From assembly GCF_030684315.1 (NCBI RefSeq), contig NC_081358.1:98476756-98540755 (forward strand): 64,000 nucleotides of DNA, written 5' to 3'. The notes beneath the pieces are model-generated. The model had not been told where the DNA came from and did not search any database. It saw only the letters and a program-made list of their open reading frames with translations. The DNA is from Stegostoma tigrinum (taxonomy: Eukaryota). Both the position numbers and the translations under genes were made by a program. Every line of letters starts with the position of its first letter. The stretch's first letter is position 1. Shown here piece after piece: positions 13,570 to 25,459 of this stretch.

Positions 13570-14712
13570 GAAAACAAAGTGTGGAGCTGGAGGAACACAG
13601 CAGGCCAAGCAGCATCTTAGGAGCACAAAAGCTGATGTTTTGGGCCAGGAGCCTTCATGAGAAAAGGGGCAGGGGGAAGAGGGTTCTGAAATAAATAGGG
13701 AGAGAGGGGGAGGCGGATTGAAGATGGATAGAGGAGAACACAGGTGGGAAGGAGACAGACAAGTTAAAGGGGCGAGGATGGAGCCAGTAGAGGTGAGTGG
13801 AGGTGGGGAGGTTTGGGGGGGGGGGGGGGGGGGATAGATCAGTCCGGGGAGGACGGACAAGTGGGCAGGATGAGGTTAGAAGGCAGGAAATGGAGGTGCG
13901 GCTTGAGGTGGGAGGAGGGGATAGTTGAGAGGAAGAACATGTTAGGGAGGTGGGGACAAGCTGGGCTGGTTTTGGGATGCAGTGGAGGGAGGGGAGATTT
14001 TGAAGCTTGTGAAATCCACACTGATACCATTGGGCTGCAGGTTTCCCAAGCAGTATATGAGTTGCTTTTCCTGCAACCTTCGGGTGGCATTGTTGTGGCA
14101 CTGCAGGAGGCCCAGGACCGACCTGTCGTCTAAGGAATGGGAAGGGGAGTTGAAATAGTTCGCGACTGGGAGGTGCAGTTGTTTACTGCAAACCGAGTGA
14201 AGGTGTTCTGCAAAGCAGTCCCCAAGCCTTCGCTTGGTTTCCCCGATGTAGAGGAGGCCACAATGGTACAGCAGATGCAGTATACTGCATTGGCAGACAT
14301 ATAGGTGAACATCTGCTTGATGTGGAATGTCTTCTTGGGGCCTGGGATGGGGGTGAGGGAGAGGGAGGAGGTATGGGGGCAAGTGGAGCACTTCCTGCAG
14401 TTGCAGGGGAAAGTGCCAGGTGTGCTGGGGTTGGAGGGGAGCGTGGAGCGGACAAGGGAGTCACGGAGAGAATGGTCCCTCCGGAAAGCAGATAAGGGTG
14501 GGGATGGAAAAATGTCTTTGGTGGTGGGGTCGGATTGCAGATGGTGGAAGTCTCGGAGGATGGTGTGTTGGATCCGGAGGTTGGTGGGGTGGTATATGAG
14601 GACGAAGGGGATTCACTCATCCCTCACACCCCGTCCCCGTAATAACCACCAAAAGAGAATCCCCCTCATCCTCACATACCACCCCATCAGCCTCCGGATT
14701 CAACGCATCATC
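13570..14712 (-). mobile_element. Penelope-like element 3' portion (GIY-YIG + 3' repeat) with short 5' inversion
   Basis: ORF 13942-14391: CGLLYIGETKRRLGDCFAEHLHSV..HLPVANYFNSPSHS..EKQLIYCLGNLQPNGISVDF; closely related to 56690-58295. Confidence 0.9.
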
Positions 14713-15453
14713 AGCTACTCAAATAAAGGTGTGATCCTTAAAATAACCCAAATCAACCATCAAGTTTAATGTTACCCACCACTCCCTTATCAAGTATTAG
14801 TAGCCTCACGTGCACTGCAGACCAGAACAATGACAGGTAACATTTTTTATCCACCAAAAGAAGTCACGGAAAGCAGAAAATTCTACCAAATAATCAATTC
14901 CACAACCAACACCACCATACATATACTTGCAACATAAATACTGCAATATGATCAGAGATAAGACTCCTTCCCAGTTCTTTTCCAACCAAAAACTTGCACT
15001 GATATAATATTTCTAGCACAGTTAAAGTTCTACACAGTTCACAAGAGAGTGATCAACAAATGTGAGGTGGAGATACAAAAAAGATGTTATGACAACTAAC
15101 CAGAAGTCCTGGTCAGGTATATTGGTTTTAAGTAGTTTCTTCTAAAGGAAGAGATGAAAATTAAAAGTATCATAGAAAGCATTTCAGAGCTTAGGCCTTG
15201 GCAGCTGAAAAAACAGAGCAATTAAAATGATGCAGATATACGGGAGGCCAGGAATGGAAGACTCGGGGGTCTCAATCTCCCATTTTTGGAGTTTGGGTGG
15301 TGGTGGTGCTGGGGAGCAGAAGGATCATAGCCAGTTGGAAAACAGTTTAATGTAATTAGGGAGACATATAAAATTTAGAAAGAATACATTTTCATAAAAT
15401 GTTTTCAGTAATAAGGAGCCTTTAACATAGCAAAACACCCTATGTTTTACAAG

Positions 15454-15685
15454 GATAGCAGGAACTGCAGATGCTGGAGAATCTGAGATGACGAAGTGTA
15501 GAGCTGGATGAACGCAGCAGGCCAAGCAGCAGAGGAGCAGGAAGCCTGGCATTTCAGGCCTAGAACCTTCTTCAGAAAAATCTGAAGACCTGAAAATCTG
15601 AAAAATCTAGGCCCGAAACACCAGCCTTCCTTCTCCTCTGATGCTGCTTCGCCTGCTGTGTTCATCCAGCTCTACACCTTATTAT
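15454..15685. mobile_element. Fold-back mini-element made of Penelope-like 3' ends
   Basis: Inverted arms (gtgtagagctggatgaac.. / ..gttcatccagctctacac); TSD cctatgttttacaag at 15439-15453 and 15686-15700. Confidence 0.8.
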
Positions 15686-16431
15686 CCTATGTTTTACAAG
15701 AGTCTTTTCAAATAAAATTCAACAAGCCACATACGGAGATATCAGAACAAATAACCAAAAGATTGATCAAAGAGAAATGATCTTGAGAAGCATTTCAAAG
15801 GAGGAAGCCAGTGAACCAGGGATATATAAAGATGGAATTTTTGAGCTTAAAGCCTTGACAGATGAAAGCATGGTCCCGAACGATGATGCAAAATTAGCAA
15901 TACTCAAGGGCCAAAACTGCAGTGACAGCGTATGTCACAATCACAGATGCCTAAATGTACTTTATAGTCGGTTAAGTATTTTAAAAGTATAGTCATTGTT
16001 GTAGAAAACAGCAACCAATTTGCACACAGCATGTTCCTACAACAGCAATGGGATGACTATATAATCTGCTTGCATGATGCTGACCAAGATTAAAAAAATT
16101 GCTAGGCCATAAGGGAAAATTTCCCTGTTCATTTTTGAAATATTGTCATGCACAAAATTAAAAAAATTCTTCCAGACAAAGCGTTCATCTTTGCATTTAC
16201 TTGTGGCTCGGCCCCAACTCCTTTCAGACATAACCAAATTTCAGCAGGTTTTAAGGCACTCTGATTGCACAAAAGCATCCTGATTCAAGTTTTAGAAAAT
16301 AAGATCCATAAAACAATGTACAAGTTACAGCTATACTCAGAACCAGTGTGATCAAATGCACTCAAGCTGCCCAGACAGCCATGTGCACCACGTGATTTCG
16401 TGTTCACATAAGAAACGGTGAGACAATTTTA

Positions 16432-16557
16432 ATAGAGATTACAAGGTGTAGAGCTGAACGAACACAGCAGGTCAAGCAGCAAAGGATGTGCTGTGTTCAT
16501 CCAGCTCTACACCTGGTTATCTCAGATTCTTCAGCATCTGCAATTCCTACTATGTCA
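16432..16557. mobile_element. Internally deleted fold-back mini-element
   Basis: Short inverted arms plus tail; TSD gagacaatttta at 16420-16431 and 16558-16569. Confidence 0.7.
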
Positions 16558-16694
16558 GAGACAATTTTATTAATCTGGATAAAAAAATTCCCAAAATGGT
16601 TTCAATAAATACTTCTTAAAGAATAAATCATTGTTTCTGTTTGTAAATTCAGTTCAGTTATGTTCTTCCATGGTATAATTGTATGAAGTCAATC

Positions 16695-18090
16695 ATAGGA
16701 ATCTAAGAAGAGCAGGAGTAGGCCATCTGGTCCATCAATGCTCTACCATTCAAAATGATCACGGCTGATCTTTTCGTGGACTCAGCTCCACTTAGCTGTC
16801 TGCTCACCAAAACCCTTAATTCTTTTACTGTACAGGAATCTATCTTTGTCTTAAAAACATTGAACGAGGTAGCTTCAACTGTTTCACTGGGCAAGGAATT
16901 CCACAGATTCAAACCTTTTGGGTGAAGAAGTTTCTCCTCAACTCAGTCCTAAAATTGCTTCCCCTTATTTTTAGGCTATGCCCCAGTTCTAGTTTCACCC
17001 ACCAGTGGAAACAACATCCTATTTCCATCCTATCCTTTCCCTTCCCTTCATAATTTTATTTGTTTATATAAGAACCACCCTCATTCTTCTAAATTCCAAT
17101 GAAGATAGTTCCAGTCTACTCAATTTCTTCTCATAAGCCGATCCTTTCAACTCTGGAATCAACCTAGTGAACCTCACTGCATCCCCCCCACTGCTAGTAT
17201 ATCTGATCTCGCGCAAGGAGACCAAAACTACACAGAACTTCAGATGTGGCACCTCACCAGCAACCTTGCAATTGCAATGTATTTTTAATCTCAATTCCTC
17301 TATCAATGAGGGACAATATTCCATTTGCCTTCTTAAATTACCTACTGCACCTGCAAACCAATTTTTGTGACTCATGCACAAGGTCACCCAGGTCCTCTGC
17401 ACAGCAGCATGCTCCAATTTTTCAACTTTTAAATTATAGTTTATTTTGTTGTTATCCCTACCGAAGTGGATGACCTCACATTTACCATCATTGTACTCCA
17501 ATGCCAGATGCTTGCCTACTCAGTTACCTATCTATATCCCTCTGCAGACTTTCAGTGTCCTCTGCACACGCTGCTCAACCACTTATTTAAGTGTCATCGG
17601 TGAACTATGACACACTACACTAATCTCCACTACACGTAGTCCCCAACTCTAAATCATCTATGCAAATTGTAAACAATTGCGGTCCCAATACTGACCCGAA
17701 ACACACCACCAGCCACGGGTTGCCAACAAGAAAAACACCCATAATATCCCAACTCTTTGTTTTCTGTTAGTTAAGCAATCTTCTATCCATGTTAACACAT
17801 TACACAATACCATGCACCTTTATCTTATGCAGCAGTCTTCTGTACGACACCTTGTTGAATGCCTTCTGGAAATCCAGATACAACACATCCGGTCACCCCT
17901 CATTGTCCATCATGATTGTAATGTCCTCAAAGAATTCTAGTAAATTAGTTAAACATTACCTGCCTTTCTAGAATCCATGCTGCATCTGCCCGATGGGACA
18001 ATTTCTATAAAGTTGTCCCGCAGTTGCTTCTTTCAGTATGTATTCAAGCATTTTCCACACTACAGAAGTTAAGCTAACAAGTCTATAGCT
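16695..18090 (-). mobile_element. CR1 LINE 3' fragment
   Basis: ORFs MEYNDGKCEVIHFG.., RFTRLIPELKG..LSRLELSSLEFRRMR, NLWNSLP..VEATSFNVFK and a CR1 3' UTR. Confidence 0.85.
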
Positions 18091-18599
18091 ACTTGATAAT
18101 GGGCCTATAGTTACATATTGCATTTTACATACAAAGGATTGTTATGGTGCAAGACAGAGCCACTCATCCCATTGTGCCTGAACTAATCTTCTGAACAGTT
18201 TAACATATAGCCAAACATCTATTTTATTTCCCCATAACCTGTACCTGTTTCTAATTAAATAATAATCCAATGCTCGGCTGAATACCTCCATTAAATCTAC
18301 CGATCATACTTCCAAACAGTGCAATCCATACCGTAACTACTCACTGTGAGAAAAAGGTTTTCCTCACCTCAAATTTACTTCTATTGCAAAGTATTTAAAA
18401 ACTAATCCCCTCTGGTTCTTGATCTACTCTGCCAAAGCCCCTCATGATTTTGAAAACATTAGTCAAATCCCCTCTTAGCCTTCTCCTCTCCATGGAAAAT
18501 AGTCCCACCCTAAGAAATCTTTCCTAATAACTGAAGTGGCTCATCCATAGAGCAATTTTTAGAATTGTTTTTAAAAAAGATTACACTTTCCAGATCAGT

Positions 18600-18950
18600 T
18601 TAATCCAGGGAGACTGAGGAAATATCAATAAAGACCCATCTGACCCTGATAATAATCTCCTATAACTTCTTCTGTCAGACAGAAGATACGGGAGCCTGAA
18701 TACATGCACCAACAGGGTCAGGAATAGCTTCTTCCCAGCCATTATTAAACCTGATGAAGGGACTCTCTAGCCTCAAACACTGCTGATCTTGCCTAGCACG
18801 TGCCCTGTGCAATGTAACTTGTATGCCTCTGTCTATATCTTTTTGATCCGTATATCTTTGCTTCCTATGATCTGCCTGTACTGCTCCTAAACAAAGCTTT
18901 TCACCATAATTTGGTACAGGTGACAATAAATCAATCGAAATACAGTAACA
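18600..18950 (+). mobile_element. REX1/Babar-type LINE 3' end
   Basis: agaagatacgggagcctgaa..cagggtcaggaatagcttcttccc and tail gtgacaataaatcaatc. Confidence 0.6.
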
Positions 18951-20619
18951 GAAAGTGGAGGTGAGATTTAGACATCTCCACGTATATGCCGAAGAACACA
19001 TTTTGACATTGAGAAAATGATGCTGCCTTATACTCCATGTCAAATCATGAGACATAATCAAATGGGGCGGTCACAGCTGGGGGACACACATAACACAAGG
19101 AACTGCAAAGTAATGCAATGGCTGGAAATCTGAAATAAAATCAGAGGTGTTGGAGAAACTCAACAGGTCTGGCCATATCAGCAGAGAAACAGTTAATGTT
19201 TTAGTCAATATACAAGAAGGTCAATCATCTCAGGTCAAGAATTCCTCAGGGTAACATCCTAGGTCCAAACAGCTTCAGCTACTTCAATGACCTTCCCAAC
19301 AAGGTCAGAAATGTGATATTTTCTGATTCAGTGACATTTCCAACTCCTCAGACACTGAAGTAGTCCAAACCATATACAACAAGGCCTACTCTTTAGGCTT
19401 GAGCTGTCAAGTGGCAAGTACTATCCCCAACCCATAAGTAGCTGGCATGACAATCTCTACCAAGAGGAAATCTTACCATCTCCTCTTGTCAGACAATGAA
19501 ATTACCATCATTGAATCGATTACCACTGACCAGAAACTCAACTGATCAGTAACCACAAACTGTGAGGTGGTTAACTCACGAGTCAGGAGTGTAATGGAAT
19601 GCTTTGTATTTGCTTGGATGAATGCAGTCCTGGCATCACAGAAGAAACTCATCACAATCTGGAACAAAGCATTTCACTTTATTGGCACCCACTGATCAAC
19701 TAAAACATTCACATTGTCCAGCACCATTTACAAATTACTGCCACGCATTTGACCAACACTTCTTCAACTGTACCATTCAAACATGTAACTTCTGGCACCT
19801 GGAAAAATGAGGGAAGTAAGGCCATGGGAAGATCACCACTTACAAGTCCATTGGTGCAGCATTCCTGACTTGGAACTAGGATGGAGGCAAAATCATGTAA
19901 CTTTTCTTTCCCAGCCGCACCAGACGGGCCATTGAGATTCAAGAAGGTAATTCCAATCACCTTTCAAGGGCACTTAGGGATGGACAACTAATTTTTGATG
20001 TTGACAACAATGTCAACATTTAGTGAAATAGTTAAAAATTTGTATGTTGGGGGAAAGAGGGAGAAAAAAGGCATACAGCAGCTGGTTGTTGGGTCATCCA
20101 ATGACTGTACCTCCCTCAGTACTGACTGCTGCATCCATCTTGATTTGTCTGGTCAAGTTCTGGAGTGGGATTTGAACCCACAGTGTTGGAACTAAAGTAA
20201 TATGAAACTATTTTTAAAAAAAAAACTCAGCTGGTCAGACAGCATCTTTCACAAGGAAGGTCATGATTGTGATGAAAGGATGCCTCAACGTGAAACATTA
20301 ACTTTGTTTCACTCCACGGCCATTGCCTGCCTTGTTGAGCATTCCAGTATTTTGCAGCACCTTTGATCTGCATTATGTTGGGTGTCTGCTGACAGCTGAC
20401 TGTTACACTCATCATGGCGTGATGGCGTTGAATGCCCTTTGTGAAGCTCATCTTAGGTGAAGAATAACATCAAGGAAAAAAATGGTTTGGTTCAGCCTCA
20501 GACGTTTCGCTGTCCGAGTCTGCAAGTTAATAGCGAATGGAATGACGAGCAATCAAAAGGAACAGCAAATCTATTTAAAAACAAGATGCCGAACTCTTAA
20601 TGTTAAAGGTGGTAGGCGC

Positions 20620-21060
20620 AGGGCCCGGATACGGTTCCTGGGATTCATAGGGGCTCAGCAGAAACATTCAGGGGCCTCAGTGACGCCAGCGGAGGCCGTC
20701 TCCTCCTCCTCCTCCTCCCAACCGAACAGCCAGAGTCTGGACGCCTTGGCGTTGTTAGTTCTCAGAATAATCTAACTCAGATGAAGAACACCAAGCCCTG
20801 CTTTCGATCTTCGGCCGATTCTCCGTCATTCTTATTTACCTGTCGGACTGCACTGGCGAAAGGAAACTCCCCGGCTTCCTTCAAATCCAGCCAGATCATC
20901 GGCATCCGCGGCACGGCCTCCATGTTGGAAGGACAACCGAGACCAGCCAGTCGTGGCGTCACCCAGCGGATATGACGTCACGTCGGCACCCTGAGCCTTG
21001 TGGGAATTGTAGTTCACCCCCGCGCTCTCTGGGAGCCTTCACCACACTAAGAAGGGGCGA
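20620..21060 (-). promoter_or_regulatory. CpG-rich PTPN23 promoter / first-exon region
   Basis: CpG density far above the rest of the window; full CRE TGACGTCA at 20973-20980, variant TGGCGTCA at 20954-20961, ZNF143/THAP11 motif ACTACAATTCCCA on minus strand at 21001-21013. Confidence 0.85.
20840..20923 (-). CDS. PTPN23: PTPN23 (HD-PTP) coding exon 1, 84 nt: MEAVPRMPMIWLDLKEAGEFPFASAVRQ
   Basis: ATG at 20923-20921 in aacATGG context; CAG|GTaaat donor; first 18 residues identical to the human HD-PTP N-terminus MEAVPRMPMIWLDLKEAG. Confidence 0.97.
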
Positions 21061-22207
21061 AAACAGAAGTTGCTGGAAAATCTTAGGGGGTCTGGCAGCA
21101 TCTGTGAGGAGAATTAACGTCTCGGGTCCGGTGAGCCTTCAAAACTGATGGTGGCTCAGAAGATATCGGTTTATACGCAGAAGGTATCGCATTTTCTGAC
21201 GTTGCACGCTACCTATTATTAGAATGTGGAGGTGCCGGCTTTGCACTGGGCTGGACGAAGTCGGAAATCACTCGACACCAGGTTACAGTCTGACATAACA
21301 AGGTGTGGAGCTGGATGAACACAGCAGGCCGAGCAGCATCAGAGGAGGAGGAAGGCTGACGTTTCGGGCTTATTCGCTTCTTCAGAAATGGGAGTTCCTA
21401 CTATCTCTGAACCAGGTTATAGTCTAACAAGTTTATTTGAAAACAAACAAGCTTTCGAAGGGTCAAATAATAAGTCGCTGCAGGTCATCCAAACTGTTAG
21501 ATGGTGTGAATATAGTGTCAACAGCTGAATAACGAGCAAAGGGATAACCTATAGTCTGATTAAATGAGGCAGAGAGATAATTACAAAAACTTTAAAAATA
21601 AGGTGGTGTCAGAGACGATCCAAATGACTGGAATAACATGATAGGTATAACAGTTACATCCTGAGTTGTTGTAATCCAAAACTGTGCAAACCAATTACGG
21701 TCGAGAGATCATAATAATTTATCCAGGTGGTGGTGACGAAACAGGACAGTAAGGAAGATTTTCCAGATACAGGACAGTGTGGTGGGGTCACATGTAATGT
21801 GATTATGAACCCAAGATCACGGCTGAGGCTGCCTTCATGGGTACAGAGCTTAGCTATCAGTTTCTGCTCGTGATTCTGTGTTGTGTATCTTGAAGGCTGC
21901 CATTGTTTTAGTGTCTGCATGGTGTCACCAATATACCATGCCTCAGGCCATCCTTGCCTGCTGCGTATGAATTAGATAACATTGGCCAAGTCACATGAGT
22001 ACCTACCATATATATGGTGGGTGGTGTTCCCACGTCTGTTGCCAGTATCCATGTTGATGACCTAGCGTGTCTTGCAGCGTTTTCTGTGTCAGGGTTGTGT
22101 GGTGTTGTAGTTGATGTTCCCCTGATGGCTGGGTAGTTTGCTGCAAACAATGGCCTGTTTAAGGTTTTTCAGTTGTTCGAAAGCGAGAAGTAGATGTATA
22201 GGGATGA

Positions 22208-22427
22208 TGGATGTGAGATTGCTCGCTGAGCTGGAAGGTTAGTTTTCAGATGTTTCGTCACCATTCTAGGTAACATCATCAGTGAGCCTCCGATGAAGCC
22301 TTCGGAGGCTCACTGATGATGTTACCTAGAATGGTGACGAAACGTCTGAAAACTAACCTTCCAGCTCAGCAAGCAATCTCACATCCAGAACCTCAACCTG
22401 AGCTACAAATCTTCTCAAAACTCGCTA
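22208..22427. mobile_element. Near-perfect palindromic mini-element with 12-bp TSD
   Basis: 86-bp arms 22208-22293 and 22302-22387 with 2 mismatches, 8-nt loop, 40-nt tail; gtatagggatga at 22196-22207 and 22428-22439. Confidence 0.9.
22310..22349 (+). ncRNA. Minimal type I hammerhead ribozyme motif (Penelope-associated)
   Basis: tca-CTGATGA-t-gttacc-tagaat-ggtgac-GAAAC-GTC-tga: conserved core, 6-bp stem II, palindromic ACGT stem III, tca/tga stem I; activity untested. Confidence 0.75.
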
Positions 22428-25400
22428 GTATAGGGATGACCTTGATGAGGTACTCATCGTCATCGATGACATGTTGAAGGCTGCGAGGAACATGGCGTAG
22501 CCTGTCCGCTCCAGGGAAGTATTGTGTGATGAAGTGTACTCTATTGGTCGAATCCTGTGTCAGTCTTCTGAGGAGGTTGTTGCGGTTTTTGGCAGTGGCA
22601 CGTCAGAACTTGCGATCGATGAATTGAGTATCATATCCCACTCTTATGGGGATAACCTTCAAAATCTTTGGGTGCCCGTTGTGTTCCTCCTCATCTCAGC
22701 AGATTCTGTATGTGTTTGCAGGGCCTATGCATACAGGATGGCTTCTTCAACATTTTTAGGGTGGAAGGTAGAGAAGTGCAGCATCATGAGTTTATCCGTG
22801 AGGTATTTAGGTGTCCATCCTTGATGCAGATGCATGTGTCCAACCGTGAGACTAATTCTGAAGAGTAGTCCATGGTAAGTCTGATGGTAGGATGAAACTT
22901 GTTGATATCGCTGTGTAATTGTTTCAGTAATTTCTTGCCATGAGTCCAAAGGAAGAAAATGTCATTGATGTTTCTGGCATACAGCGTTGGCTGGAGGTCC
23001 TGCACAGTGAAGAAATCTATCTTGAACCTCTGCATGAAAACGTTGGCATATTTGGGTGTAAATCATGACTGTTCCTTATATTTGGGTAAAGAACTGGTTG
23101 TCGAAGGTGAAGATGTGATCGAGGATGAAGCAGATGAGTTGCACAATGGTGTCTGGAAATTAGCAGTTGTTGATATGGAGTACTATGGCTGTTGCAGCTA
23201 TGCTGTCATCGTAGGGTATGCTGGTATAGGGTGCCGAAATATCCATTATGATGAACAATGTTCCTGGTTCGACTGGTCCGTGGGAGCTGAGTCTCTGTAA
23301 GAAATCTGTAGTGTTGCAATGAAAGCTGATGGTTCCTTATACAATGAGTTTCAAGGTGCCCTAGACATAACTGGAGAGGTTCTCACACAGAGTCCCATTG
23401 CCTGATACAACAGAACACCCAGGTGTGTTGGCTTTGTGTGTCTTTGGAAGGCAGTAGAAAACTCCTATGTGAGAAGTTCAGCGGATGAAAGTTCATATGA
23501 TACTCTGAAGGCTGGATCAAAGGTCTTGATCAGTTGACAGATGCGTTCTTTGATCAGATTGGCAGGTAGCTAACGGTAGTATTCCTAGTTGTTCAGTTGT
23601 CAGTATGCTTCTTTGCGGTAGTACATTCCGTTCCATATGACAATGGCTCTTGCTTTGTTTGCTGGTTTGACAATGTTGCGATTAGTCTTCAGAGCATGGA
23701 TGGCGTTGTGTTGTGCTTAGTTGACGTTTTGTGCTATCTTGTAAGCACAGCTGATTAATCTGGTGTTAATGTACGTCCTGACAGCTTGAACATGCATGTT
23801 GAGCCAAGGGCAGCGGCCTTCTGGAGGAGTCCAGTTCAACACTTTCTTCTTTGGTCGCTGCACCATGGATCTCTCTGTCAACTGTTCTGGCTCGTAGGTT
23901 GTCTCATTGGGCTTGCTGCTGACATCTTGAGTTTGTGGAAGAATTCCCGGAGCCTCATTCACCTGATGAATTTCTCTGTGTCTGCAGCCAGACCACTGTG
24001 GTCCAGTTAGGTAGTGTGGCAGAAATTGGATCCTCGGCTGAGAACTTCAATTTTGACCGATGCGTCAGACAAGTTGATGGACTTCCCTGTGATGGTACTG
24101 GTTTCAATTCTGGTTCCAGGCAAAGCTTGGACTGCTGGTGGTGATGTCAAGTTTCTCCATTTTCTTGTTCTTGGTGTGTATGTTGGCGTAGTTCTGTTAA
24201 CCTCATCTGCTTGGCATTATCTCCTAGCTGGCCCACTGAATCCTGAGCGCAAGCTGAGAATGTAGACTCTACCTCGATTTCAACGTTGCAGCATCTGCTG
24301 TGGAGTTGGTGTACAAGATGATGAGGAGTGTGTAAGAGGTGTGACAGCAGAGTCTGTTGGCATAGTATGTGTTATAATTCGTCTTTGGCCCAAATGACAC
24401 TGCTCAGCAATCGCCAGACAGTGCTGTTCCCTCCAAGTCGGGGAACACTTCAACAGTCAGGGACATTAAGCCTCCGATCTTTGAGTAAGAGTCCTTTGAG
24501 GCGACCTTTGAAAGAGACAAAATGCAGAATCGCAATGCAAAAACTGATAACCAAGATAGCCTCAACCGTGATTTTGGGTTCATGTCACGCTACATATGAC
24601 CCCACCACACTGTCCTATATCTGTAAAATCTTTCTTACTGTCTTGTTTTATCTCCATCACCTGGATAAATTATTACGCTCTCTACCTTAGATTGTACTGT
24701 TTTGGATTACTATGACTATGGTTAAAGACTCGTCATGTGACTCTTATACCTAACATGTTATTCCAGTCATTTGATTTGTCTCCAGCACCACTGTATCTTT
24801 AATTTTTTGTAATTATCTCTCTGCCTTGTTTAATCAGATTATGGGTCATCCCTTTGCTTGTTATTCAACTGTCAATACTTTACTTACACCATCTAATAGT
24901 TCGTATCACCTGCAGGCCTTATTATTCGGCACTCCACTCACACCATTGTATGGTCTTTTGACCTGCCTGCCCTTGATCTCTCTCTGCCCATAAGTTCTGT
25001 GTTCTGTGTGCTTTTCTGTCACTTGACTTGGCGAAGGTGCTACACTTCAGAAGTTTGTGATTTCAAATAAACCTGTTGGACCTTGATGTGCATATTTGCA
25101 GCTCCCTGAAAGTCAGAGGACGGGTAGATAAGGTGGCTTAAAAGGTATAAGGAATAGTTGCCACTCTGAACCAAGACACAGGACAGAAGAGGAGAGGAGT
25201 TCTGCTGGAACTGCATAAAAACACTAGTTAGACTATCATTGGCATACTATATATAGTCTGATCACACTTTAGAAAGGATGTGACTGTACTAGAGAGGGTG
25301 ATTTAGATTCTATAAGGTATAGTTAGTGCAGATAGGAAGGCATTTGTTTTCCATTTGTAGAGGGTTCAATAACCAGGAAAAATAAATATAAAGTAAGAGA

Positions 25401-25459
25401 CTCCGAGGAAAGATGAGAATTTTGTTTCATTCAGAGGATGGTGGGAGTCTGAATCAGAA

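Larger units (their letters stand above)
21223..25080 (-). mobile_element. Decayed Penelope-like element with an inverted copy of its 3' end at ~24400-25080
   Basis: Minus-strand remnants NWTPPEGRCPWL, PTLYARNINDIFFLWTHG..INKFHPTIRLT (RT) and EQKLIAKLCTHEGSLSRDLGF (GIY-YIG end); ~21421-21878 is reverse-complementary to ~24525-25080. Confidence 0.85.

Noticed and set aside
20482-20775. 97-aa plus-strand ORF antisense to PTPN23 intron 1
   Set aside because: No recognisable domain; Ser run from a (tcc)n tract; expected in GC-rich sequence.
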